From Elainellaceae cyanobacterium (lineage in GTDB: Bacteria > Cyanobacteriota > Cyanobacteriia > CAZCXK01), in the NCBI GenBank assembly GCA_051117555.1, contig JBNPEG010000181.1:1-24594 (forward strand): a stretch of DNA of 24,594 nt, read 5' to 3'. Numbering within the stretch: the first letter of the stretch is position 1; every line of letters begins with the position of its first letter. The notes under the pieces were generated by a model, which was given only the letters and a program-made list of their open reading frames with translations, had not been told where the DNA came from and did no database searches. Both the position numbers and the translations under genes were made by a program. Positions 1-7,239 of this stretch are shown piece by piece.

Positions 1-5
1 TTTCT

Positions 6-196
6 ATTTTGAACTCCGCTGACGGGGTTCTGATAGGCGTCGATGGAGTTAATTATAGAAACGACGCAGTCGATTATAGAAACGGCAAGAAATTTTGGGC
101 GTCGATGGAGTCAATTATAGAAACGACGCAGTCAATTATAGAAATGACGGGGTCGATTATAGAAACGACGCAGTTATTTATAGAAACGACGCAGTC
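6..196. repeat. 21-bp tandem repeat array (consensus GTCAATTATAGAAACGACGCA)
   Basis: Clear units at 48-68, 69-88, 110-130, 131-151, 152-172 and 173-193. Degenerate in-phase units at 6-26, 27-47 and 89-109. Block 36-83 recurs at 98-145 (offset 62 = 3x21-1). The array may continue left of the window. Confidence 0.92.
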
Positions 197-197
197 T

Positions 198-249
198 GAA
201 GTCGTATTTGGAAGACTGAATCCTGCAATATACGGATCTTCCAAACTTC
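198..249. other. Inverted repeat / stem-loop directly after the 21-bp array
   Basis: TTTGGAAGA (207-215) is the exact reverse complement of TCTTCCAAA (237-245). Additional pairing is possible between GAAG (198-201) and CTTC (246-249). No U-tract follows. Confidence 0.6.
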
Positions 250-358
250 CGTCAGCAATATTTCAGCATTCATACCGAGATAAAACCGCTCCCAGACTGG
301 GCACTTATAGAGTACTGCATCAGTTTGGTGCATCCATCTAATCTGTGAGTCATTAGCT

Positions 359-838
359 ATGCCTATTCGTACTGTCGATGCGACTCTGACCCAGCAAGAA
401 ATCGAAGAAATCATCACTGCGCTCAACGTGATTCTTGATCGCCTGCCCTTCCTTGTTGGTCTAACCCCTGACGAACGACGCCAAATTGCCAAGATGGGGC
501 GCAAGGCTCAAACCTTTACCACTCGCGCGCTGGACATGGCGCATCAGTATAACGACATGATGCCTCGCCATTTGAATGTTGAAGAAGCCCGACGAGACAT
601 TGCCCTGTTTGAAGCGCTGAACCCAATCTTGCAAACGGTGAATCATATGCGCGAGCTACTCGAAGACACCCAAACGATCGCAGGCAGTGAAGCCTATGCA
701 GCGGCGCGGCTTGCTTATAACACGGCAAAGGTATCCGGGAAAAACATGGGCATGGATGACATCTTGGAAGACCTTTCTCATCAGTTTCGCCGCACTCGCA
801 AAGCGCAAACGAAGGAGTCATCAATATCAACGCAGTAA
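359..838 (+). CDS. Conserved hypothetical protein, predicted all-alpha, 159 aa
   Basis: Clean ATG-TAA ORF with motifs LPFLVGLTPDERRQIAKMG and AGSEAYAAARLAY. I recall these from an uncharacterised family in cyanobacteria and other bacteria (unverified). Confidence 0.85.
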   Translation: MPIRTVDATLTQQEIEEIITALNVILDRLPFLVGLTPDERRQIAKMGRKAQTFTTRALDMAHQYNDMMPRHLNVEEARRDIALFEALNPILQTVNHMRELLEDTQTIAGSEAYAAARLAYNTAKVSGKNMGMDDILEDLSHQFRRTRKAQTKESSISTQ

Positions 839-864
839 TAATCGCTCTTTTCTGTGCAAGGCAT

Positions 865-1043
865 CTGGTTGACTGACAAAACTTTTTGCAACGGCAGTTA
901 AAACTGCTGCTATACAGGCAAAACCCGCCTGCGCGGGTTGGGGACAATCGGCGTAGGCTGACTTTGTAAGACTAGGCGCAGTTAACCCTGCGGGACGCTT
1001 CGCGAATAACCGCCGGCCTCCGAAACTTTTGTCAGGCAATCAG
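865..1043. mobile_element. ~180-bp imperfect palindromic element (MITE/REP-like), non-coding
   Basis: Terminal inverted repeats CTGGTTGACTGACAAAACTTT (865-885) and AAACTTTTGTCAGGCAATCAG (1023-1043) match at 18/21. Inner arms GCAAAACCCGCCTGCGCGGGTTG and CAATCGGCGTAGGCTGACTTTGT are also imperfectly complementary. It lies between convergent genes. Confidence 0.7.
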
Positions 1044-1062
1044 GTAAGGCACAGTGGCAAAG

Positions 1063-1304
1063 TCAGGCTTCGTCGTCCGGCAAGTCTTCTGTGTAGGCAT
1101 CAATTGCCTCGACCATACCTTCTGAATAAGGTTCTAGAACCGTTGCAACAACGTGCAATTCCGCCATTGCGAAAACTCTTCTGAATCAGGGTCAGTCATC
1201 TTTAGGGTTTGAACAGCGGCGATCGCCCGGTTCAAATAAACGTGATATTCATCAAGATGCCGTTGCAGACTGGTCAATGACTCTTCTCGTACACCAATGC
1301 TCAT
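1063..1304 (-). pseudogene. Small acidic hypothetical protein (~81 aa), frameshifted near 1168
   Basis: ATG at 1304 reads MSIGVREESLTSLQRHLDEYHVYLNRAIAAVQTLKMTDPDSEEFSQ. A second frame continues AMAELHVVATVLEPYSEGMVEAIDAYTEDLPDDEA to TGA at 1063. The span is 242 nt, not a multiple of 3. It is not in the ORF track. Confidence 0.65.
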
Positions 1305-1352
1305 CAATTCAGCCGCCTTTTTAGCTTGGAGAATATGCTTTAGTCACCAATG

Positions 1353-1502
1353 CTATTGCTGAACGGTGGGCGATGCTGCTGGAGCGGGCTCGCTGTTCAG
1401 CCGCTCAATGCCCAAATAGCCTAAGAACATCACCAGAGCAACGATGGCGATGATTTGAATGGATCGCTCAACGGCAATGACACGTCTTAAAATTTTTTCC
1501 AT
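1353..1502 (-). CDS. Small single-pass membrane protein (49 aa from ATG 1502; ORF track extends to 1574)
   Basis: Basic N-terminus MEKILRR, one hydrophobic segment IQIIAIVALVMFLGYLGI and a Pro/Ala tail. Confidence 0.5.
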   Translation of the reverse strand: MEKILRRVIAVERSIQIIAIVALVMFLGYLGIERLNSEPAPAASPTVQQ

Positions 1503-1587
1503 ATCATTCTTTTTGGACTCTGTTGCTATCCTACTCTCCACCAAAGCGCAATCGCCATTCGTCAATGTCGCCATCCAGATTTGGAAA

Positions 1588-1660
1588 TGGAGCTAAGCGG
1601 ACTCGAACCGCTGGCCCCCTCAATGCCATTGAGGTGCTCTACCAACTGAGCTATAGCCCC
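1588..1660 (-). tRNA. trnA-GGC: tRNA-Ala (anticodon GGC)
   Basis: Reverse complement is GGGGCTATAGCTCAGTTGGTAGAGCACCTCAATGGCATTGAGGGGGCCAGCGGTTCGAGTCCGCTTAGCTCCA (73 nt). It has a cloverleaf, anticodon arm CCTCA-ATGGCAT-TGAGG, a GTTCGA T-loop and the G3:U70 alanine identity pair. CCA is not encoded. Confidence 0.98.
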
Positions 1661-1675
1661 ATAGTGCAATTTCTT

Positions 1676-1704
1676 ATCATGCCTTGGCTACAAGCATTCG
1701 TCAA
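1676..1704 (-). promoter_or_regulatory. Putative sigma70-type promoter of tRNA-Ala
   Basis: Minus strand TTGACG (1704-1699), 17-nt spacer, CATGAT (1681-1676), ending 15 nt upstream of the tRNA 5' end. Confidence 0.55.
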
Positions 1705-1816
1705 GCGCGCGCATTCACGAGTCTGCTTATAGATCTTTGCGTATGATCTTAGTGTAGCGCTCTGAATCGCGATAGAGTCTTGATAGTGATGTTTGAACAA
1801 GACCGAGCTAGTCGCC

Positions 1817-2941
1817 ATGACCGCCGAATCGCCAGAGCAACCCGATCATTCCCAATCCAATGACGCTCAATCCAACGACGCTCAATCCAATGACATCGAT
1901 CGTGTCACTCTATTGCGATCGCTCCGTCGCAAGGAGGGCAATTGGGTCACATGGGGAAGAACCTGTCAAGCGCTGCAAAAGTCAGGCTACACGCCGCAGC
2001 AAATTTTTGAAGACACTGGATTTGAGTCTGTCCAGCAAAACCAAATCATCGTAGCGACTCAGGTCTACGACTCGATGCTGGCAGCAGGGATTCCTGACGC
2101 GGTGCGATCGCACTTTGAGCAGCGAGGCAGCGACACTCTCTATGAGTTCCGCATTCTGTCTCAGCAGGAACGAGCGGCGGCGGCGTGCTTAGTGCTTGAG
2201 AAGGGCATCGACTCAGAAGCTGCCCGCGACGTGGCCAAAGCGATTAAAGAATATTCTCGACGGACGACGCCTCCGGTTGGCTTTGCGCCATTTTCAGAAC
2301 ATCCAGGAGATGCGATCGCCTATCACTATTGGAGGCTCGCTCGACAACAATCCAACCTGTCTGAGCGATCGCGCCTGATTGCCCAGGGGTTAAAATTTGC
2401 GAGCACCGAGTCTGCCCGCCACGAGATTGAGGCATTGCTCACCGATACGTCGGTCAAATCCAGCCGCTCAGCGCCTTATTTACCGCTTTATCGGATGGAT
2501 TCAGAAGAGCAGCTTCCGCGAATTCTGCCTGTGGTTGGGAAATTGCCGCTTAGCGCCGACGACCTCAAGGCAGTGCCTCTGATTGAGGATGAAGGCCCCT
2601 TTCGCATGGTGAGGTTTACAGGAGCCGGCGCGTGGATTCCCGTTCCAGGTTGGCAAGTCGTCTGGAGTGCTGAAGATCCGGTGGTGATTTTGGCAGAGAG
2701 CGACCAGTTCCCGATGCCGCTGCAAGGAAAAAAGGAAGATGTATTAGTGGTCATCGATCGCGCCCAACGCCAATGGAGCGACGATGCGTACTTCATCATC
2801 GAGCATGACAATCAGCTTCAAATTCAATGGTTTGAGGATGAGCCGTCGCTTTCCCTGCTCGGACAAGTAATTTTAATCTTGCGACCCAAGAAGATTTTGG
2901 ACGAAGACTATACCTATGATCCGTGGCAGATTGAAGAGTAG
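1817..2941 (+). CDS. raf1: RuBisCO accumulation factor 1
   Basis: N-terminal LRRKEGNWVTWG and PQQIFEDTGFESVQQNQIIVA, and conserved acidic C-terminus LRPKKILDE...PWQIEE. ATG 1817 is preferred over TTG 1793. Confidence 0.93.
   Translation: MTAESPEQPDHSQSNDAQSNDAQSNDIDRVTLLRSLRRKEGNWVTWGRTCQALQKSGYTPQQIFEDTGFESVQQNQIIVATQVYDSMLAAGIPDAVRSHFEQRGSDTLYEFRILSQQERAAAACLVLEKGIDSEAARDVAKAIKEYSRRTTPPVGFAPFSEHPGDAIAYHYWRLARQQSNLSERSRLIAQGLKFASTESARHEIEALLTDTSVKSSRSAPYLPLYRMDSEEQLPRILPVVGKLPLSADDLKAVPLIEDEGPFRMVRFTGAGAWIPVPGWQVVWSAEDPVVILAESDQFPMPLQGKKEDVLVVIDRAQRQWSDDAYFIIEHDNQLQIQWFEDEPSLSLLGQVILILRPKKILDEDYTYDPWQIEE
1853..1897 (+). repeat. 15-bp in-frame tandem repeat x3 (QSNDA) in the Raf1 N-terminus
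   Basis: CAATCCAATGACGCT CAATCCAACGACGCT CAATCCAATGACATC. Confidence 0.9.
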
Positions 2942-2949
2942 TAGATCAT

Positions 2950-4719
2950 TCACTCACCACAGCGAAACAACTGATAGGGAAACCCAATTCGATTGAACCG
3001 ATCTGGATCGATCGTGCAGGTCGATTTGCCTGCCCGGTTGAGGTTGCGAATCTTGAGCTGGGTGGGATAGTCTTCGGTTTTCATGCCTGGAGATGCGACG
3101 ACCCATAGATTGAGGGGGAAGGACAACTCGTGACGCATGCGAGCAAGGGTGCGCCATACGTCTCTGTAGTTGTTTTCTCGATGCACAAACGCCACCCGCA
3201 CAGGCGGATTGGGCGTAGTTGCATAGATAGAGTCAAGTTCGAGCACAAAACTAAGCCCCAGGGCAATTTCTTGCAGCGACTGATAGCTCACCACCAGCAT
3301 CAGTGGCGTTGACGGATCAAAGGCCATGTCTTCGGCAACCGTGTGCGGATAGTAGCCTTTTTGAAACACCCAGCCGTGTACCACCAAACTACTGCTGACT
3401 AGACCTGCAAGGATGGCGATCGCCACGGCTGATCGGTTGATGCGGGAGGAGCGAATCGGTTGCCCCTGCCGACTCTGTCTTGACATACCCACCGAAAGAC
3501 CCGCCGCAACCAGCGCACTCATGCCGGGATAGTAGACAAAGTTGTATCGTGGCACCGAAGTAATATCTTTATCGAGAATATAGGCGATCGCCAAAAACTG
3601 AAGAATGACCCCGCCCACAAAGCCACCCAGCACAATCAGAGACGCTCGATATGTCGGCGTATGCCAAAGCTGTCGTATTCCTCGAATCACCTGCCATGCC
3701 AGCCATCCACCAATCGCCAGCATAATCAGCGCAGACGGCAGAATCACAAACCACGGCTGATTTTCGACAGGGAGCGCGATTCCCATCAGCACCCAGCCCA
3801 TGACGGTTTGATAGAGCGGGGCGATGCGATCGCGCCAGTCGGGTTTATAGGGAATCAGCCAATCGGTTTCGGGGCGATCGAAATGGGCAAGCACAATCGG
3901 CAACCACGGCAGATAGCTGACAACAATGACGCTCAGGCTGAGCACTAAGGTGCCCCCATAGTGGTGCAAACGTTGAACTCTTTGCCAGCGGGTGCTAATC
4001 CACAGGGCTAGCGCCATGAATTGAGCAATCACGACGAGGATGAAAAAGTAGTGGACATACAGCCCAGCGATATTAACGGCTACCCATGAGAGTGCTAGCC
4101 ATACTGAAATGCGCCGATGCTGGGCGATCGCCTTTTGAATCCTAATAAGCGCGATGAGTCCCAGCGTGGCTAGCATCATCGGCAGCGTATAGTGGCGGGC
4201 TTCTTGCGACAAATAGACTGCAAAAGGTGAAACTGCCATCAATGCCGCACCCATGAGCCCAGCAGTCGGTGAAATCGCCATGCGATTGAGCCCATACACA
4301 GCCGCGATCGCCCCCACTCCAAATAATGCCGGCAGCGATCGCATTGCCCATACCCATTGAGTCGCATCAGGCTGGAGCCAGCCAATCCAGCGATAGAGCA
4401 GGCAGAAAAACAGCGGCGGATGGACGGATTCAGTGGCGACGGTTTGAGCAATTTGAGCGCAGCTAACTCCTGGCTGAAATGCAAATAAATCACTCAGTGC
4501 CGACAACGGAAAAAAACCATTCACCGGCACATCTGCCTGGCGATGTCCCAAGGTAAACAGAGCCGTAATCACCTCATCGAGCCAAAGCGGTTTGGCATCG
4601 AGCTGCCAAAATCGCAGCACAGTTCCCACCAGCACAATGCCAATCAGCAAGGTGTAGTGCAAACCCGGCTGCTTGATCGGACTCGCTGAATCATTCTTGT
4701 CTAATGGCTCGCGTCGCAT
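2950..4719 (-). CDS. Polytopic membrane glycosyltransferase, GT-C fold (GT39/PMT/ArnT-like)
   Basis: LRFWQLDAKPLWLDE after the first TM helix, HPPLFF, SPFAVYLSQEARHY and many hydrophobic segments. Confidence 0.85.
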   Translation of the reverse strand: MRREPLDKNDSASPIKQPGLHYTLLIGIVLVGTVLRFWQLDAKPLWLDEVITALFTLGHRQADVPVNGFFPLSALSDLFAFQPGVSCAQIAQTVATESVHPPLFFCLLYRWIGWLQPDATQWVWAMRSLPALFGVGAIAAVYGLNRMAISPTAGLMGAALMAVSPFAVYLSQEARHYTLPMMLATLGLIALIRIQKAIAQHRRISVWLALSWVAVNIAGLYVHYFFILVVIAQFMALALWISTRWQRVQRLHHYGGTLVLSLSVIVVSYLPWLPIVLAHFDRPETDWLIPYKPDWRDRIAPLYQTVMGWVLMGIALPVENQPWFVILPSALIMLAIGGWLAWQVIRGIRQLWHTPTYRASLIVLGGFVGGVILQFLAIAYILDKDITSVPRYNFVYYPGMSALVAAGLSVGMSRQSRQGQPIRSSRINRSAVAIAILAGLVSSSLVVHGWVFQKGYYPHTVAEDMAFDPSTPLMLVVSYQSLQEIALGLSFVLELDSIYATTPNPPVRVAFVHRENNYRDVWRTLARMRHELSFPLNLWVVASPGMKTEDYPTQLKIRNLNRAGKSTCTIDPDRFNRIGFPYQLFRCGE

Positions 4720-4780
4720 GAATAGTTCAATTCAGATTACTCAATCACTACCGACTATACAGGGGTAATACCAATTCTCG

Positions 4781-4804
4781 ATTTTGGATTTGCGATTTTG
4801 GATT
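4781..4804. repeat. Short heptamer tandem repeat (STRR-like)
   Basis: ATTTTGG ATTTGCG ATTTTGG ATT in the divergent intergenic region. Confidence 0.65.
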
Positions 4805-4872
4805 GACGGCATTCAGTCTGCGCTATCCTGGCGCTAGGAGTGCCCCACCCCTTTCACAGGTTGCATGTAGGA

Positions 4873-7239
4873 ATGACTCAATTACCCACTGCCAGACAAA
4901 CTGCCTTCGATCAGCGCGAGGAACAAATGCGCCACCTGCGCGATCGCCTGCGTCCGGGGCAGCAGCGGATGGCAGACTGGCAGTCTGGCCCGTTGGCGGT
5001 GTCGGCAGTCCCCGGATCGGGAAAGTCAACCGGAATGGCGATCGCATCTGCCCTATTAATTGCTCAGCGCTATCAAACGGCAACCTCCCTTCTTGCACCC
5101 ACGCGTCAGTTGATTTTGGTGACCTTTACCCGCTCGGCGGCTGCCAACCTAAAAGCCAAAATTCGGGGATACTTAAGAGACCTGCTGCTCCCTCCGCTGG
5201 GCTTCTCGGTCTACACGCTGCATGGGTTGGCGCTCAATATTGCCATGCGTCATCCAGATTTGTCCGGGCTGACGCTTGACCAAATGACCTTGGTGTCTCC
5301 CAATCAAAGCAATCGCCTGATTCGTACGGCTGTCGAACAGTGGATTTATGCCAACCCGGTTCTATATCAGCAGTTACTTGAAGGGCGGCAGTTTGATGGC
5401 GAAGAAACTGAGCGGCTGCGGCGGCAGTCCGTCTTGCGAACGGAAGTCTTGCCCGATCTGGCCTATTCGACGATTCGGGAAGCCAAAAGCTCCGGGCTGC
5501 TGCCCCAACAGCTTCAAGACGTGAGTCAGACTGCGATTCGTCGGATTATGAGCCACGATGAATCCGGCAATAGTGGCAGCGATTTTGACGTGCTGGCGAT
5601 CGCCGCTGGACTCTATGACCACTATCAGCGGCTGCTTCAGCAACGGGCATTCATCGACTACGACGACATGATTTTGGCGGCGCTGCGCGTGTTGGCGAAT
5701 GAGAGCGCTCGTCAACTCTGGCAAGAGCAGATTTTTGGCGTCTTTGAAGACGAAGCGCAAGACTCGTCTCCCCTCCAAACCCGACTGCTTGAACTGCTGG
5801 CGAGCCATCCATCCGATCCTCAGCAGCCGCTGAATCTGGTGCGAGTGGGCGACCCCAATCAGGCGATTAACTCGACGTTTACGCCCGCCGATCCGATTTT
5901 CTTTCGGCAGTTTTGCGAAGCGTGCGATCGCCACCAGCGCCTTGCAGAAATGAATCAGGCCGGACGCAGCACTCAGCCCATCATTGATGCCGCCAATTTC
6001 ATGCTGACCTGGGTCAATCAGCACATTGGAGGATCAAACATCGAGCTGCCATTTCGTCCTCAAGTGATTCATGCGGTGAGTCCGGGCGATCCTCAAGCCG
6101 ATGCCAACCCATTTCCGGAGGGGCGGGGGCTAGAACTGCATGCGCCAGACACGATTTTCCAAACGGTTGAACGAATCGGGCAGCGGGTCGCTCAATTGCT
6201 AACGCGCCATCCTGATCGCTCGGCTGCGATTTTGGTTAGAGAAAATAAGCAAGGGCGGTTTATTTCTGAGCTGTTGCGGAATCCGGGGCACTATAATCTG
6301 TCCACCAATCTTGGACAGTTGGAAATTGCTCTCTACGACGTGGGCGAACAAGAGCGCTATTCTCACGTCCCTGCCGAAATTCTGGCATTCTTGCAGTTTC
6401 TCGATCGCCCCCACTCGCCCGACTATCTCAAGGCTGTGCTAAAAATCTTGATGGCGCGCAAGCTGATCCCTAGCCAAGACCTAAATCTGCTGACCGGACT
6501 GCCTGAACGGTTTCTGTTTCCGAGTCCGCTCGATCCGCCCCTGCCCGATCCGGTGCTACAGGCGCAGCGATATTGTGCGAGTTTGCTGCGAGCCCGCCTC
6601 GAACTGCCCCATTATCAGCTCATTCCATTTCTCGCCCTAACGCTCAACTACGACCAAACCGAGCTTGCCACCGCCGATAAGCTAGCCGAACGGATTGCCC
6701 AGCAAACTGCTATGAACCAGTCGCTTCCGTCGGTCATTGAGGTGTTGGTAGACATTGTGGGGTCAGAGCGATTTGAACCCGTGGAGACCGAAGATACCGA
6801 GTCGCGCTATACCCGCAATGGTCAGCTCACGATTATTACGATGCACAAAGCAAAGGGGCTCGACTGGGATTATGTGTTTATCCCGTTTCTTCATGAGCAT
6901 ACGATTCCCGGCAAATTATGGGTGCCGCCCCAGGCCCAATTTATTGGCGATTTTAGTCTTGCCGCGATCGCCCGTGCCCAAATTCGAGCCAGCATTCACC
7001 ACGACTCTGACCTGCCCGACGTTGACGCGGCTTGGGAACGCGCCAACTATTTGAGCACCGCTGAAGAATATCGGTTACTTTACGTTGCGATGACCCGCGC
7101 CAAGCGACTCCTCTGGATGGCAGCCGCTCGCCAAGCTCCCTTCTCCTGGAACAAACCCGATAATCTTGAAGAGAAAGCTCCCTGTCCTCTCCTCCCGGCT
7201 CTCAGCCAGCAGTTTCCCGCCCATGTGATGACTACTTAA
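4873..7239 (+). CDS. ATP-dependent DNA helicase, UvrD/Rep (SF1) family
   Basis: Motifs AVPGSGKS (Walker A), TFTRSAA, TLHG, DEAQD (Walker B), VGDPNQAI, TMHKAKGLDWD and EEYRLLYVAMTRAK. The start is uncertain (GTG 4840 or ATG 4873). Confidence 0.93.
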   Translation: MTQLPTARQTAFDQREEQMRHLRDRLRPGQQRMADWQSGPLAVSAVPGSGKSTGMAIASALLIAQRYQTATSLLAPTRQLILVTFTRSAAANLKAKIRGYLRDLLLPPLGFSVYTLHGLALNIAMRHPDLSGLTLDQMTLVSPNQSNRLIRTAVEQWIYANPVLYQQLLEGRQFDGEETERLRRQSVLRTEVLPDLAYSTIREAKSSGLLPQQLQDVSQTAIRRIMSHDESGNSGSDFDVLAIAAGLYDHYQRLLQQRAFIDYDDMILAALRVLANESARQLWQEQIFGVFEDEAQDSSPLQTRLLELLASHPSDPQQPLNLVRVGDPNQAINSTFTPADPIFFRQFCEACDRHQRLAEMNQAGRSTQPIIDAANFMLTWVNQHIGGSNIELPFRPQVIHAVSPGDPQADANPFPEGRGLELHAPDTIFQTVERIGQRVAQLLTRHPDRSAAILVRENKQGRFISELLRNPGHYNLSTNLGQLEIALYDVGEQERYSHVPAEILAFLQFLDRPHSPDYLKAVLKILMARKLIPSQDLNLLTGLPERFLFPSPLDPPLPDPVLQAQRYCASLLRARLELPHYQLIPFLALTLNYDQTELATADKLAERIAQQTAMNQSLPSVIEVLVDIVGSERFEPVETEDTESRYTRNGQLTIITMHKAKGLDWDYVFIPFLHEHTIPGKLWVPPQAQFIGDFSLAAIARAQIRASIHHDSDLPDVDAAWERANYLSTAEEYRLLYVAMTRAKRLLWMAAARQAPFSWNKPDNLEEKAPCPLLPALSQQFPAHVMTT

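Noticed and set aside
48..196. CRISPR array
   Set aside because: The units are directly abutting 21-mers with no unique spacers, and no cas genes are in the window.
9..341. ORF 9..341 as an intact 110-aa gene
   Set aside because: It begins at a TTG in a frame already open at the window edge, changes repeat register midway and runs through the hairpin. It is better explained as repeat read-through after a 1-nt slip.
516..1039. Minus-strand ORFs 516..947 and 827..1039
   Set aside because: They are antisense to the 159-aa gene and/or run through the palindromic element, with no protein-like motifs.
1523..1732. 69-aa + strand ORF
   Set aside because: It is antisense to tRNA-Ala and is a shadow ORF.
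5374..6024. 216-aa minus-strand ORF and similar nested ORFs within the helicase, cobQ, cyaC, WD40, GNAT and kinase genes
   Set aside because: They lie within or largely overlap well-supported genes on the opposite strand or an alternate frame and have no recognisable motifs.
4873..7239. Helicase as part of an anti-phage system (e.g. Gabija GajB)
   Set aside because: There is no adjacent OLD nuclease or other defence gene. It is HIP1-rich and in a housekeeping context.
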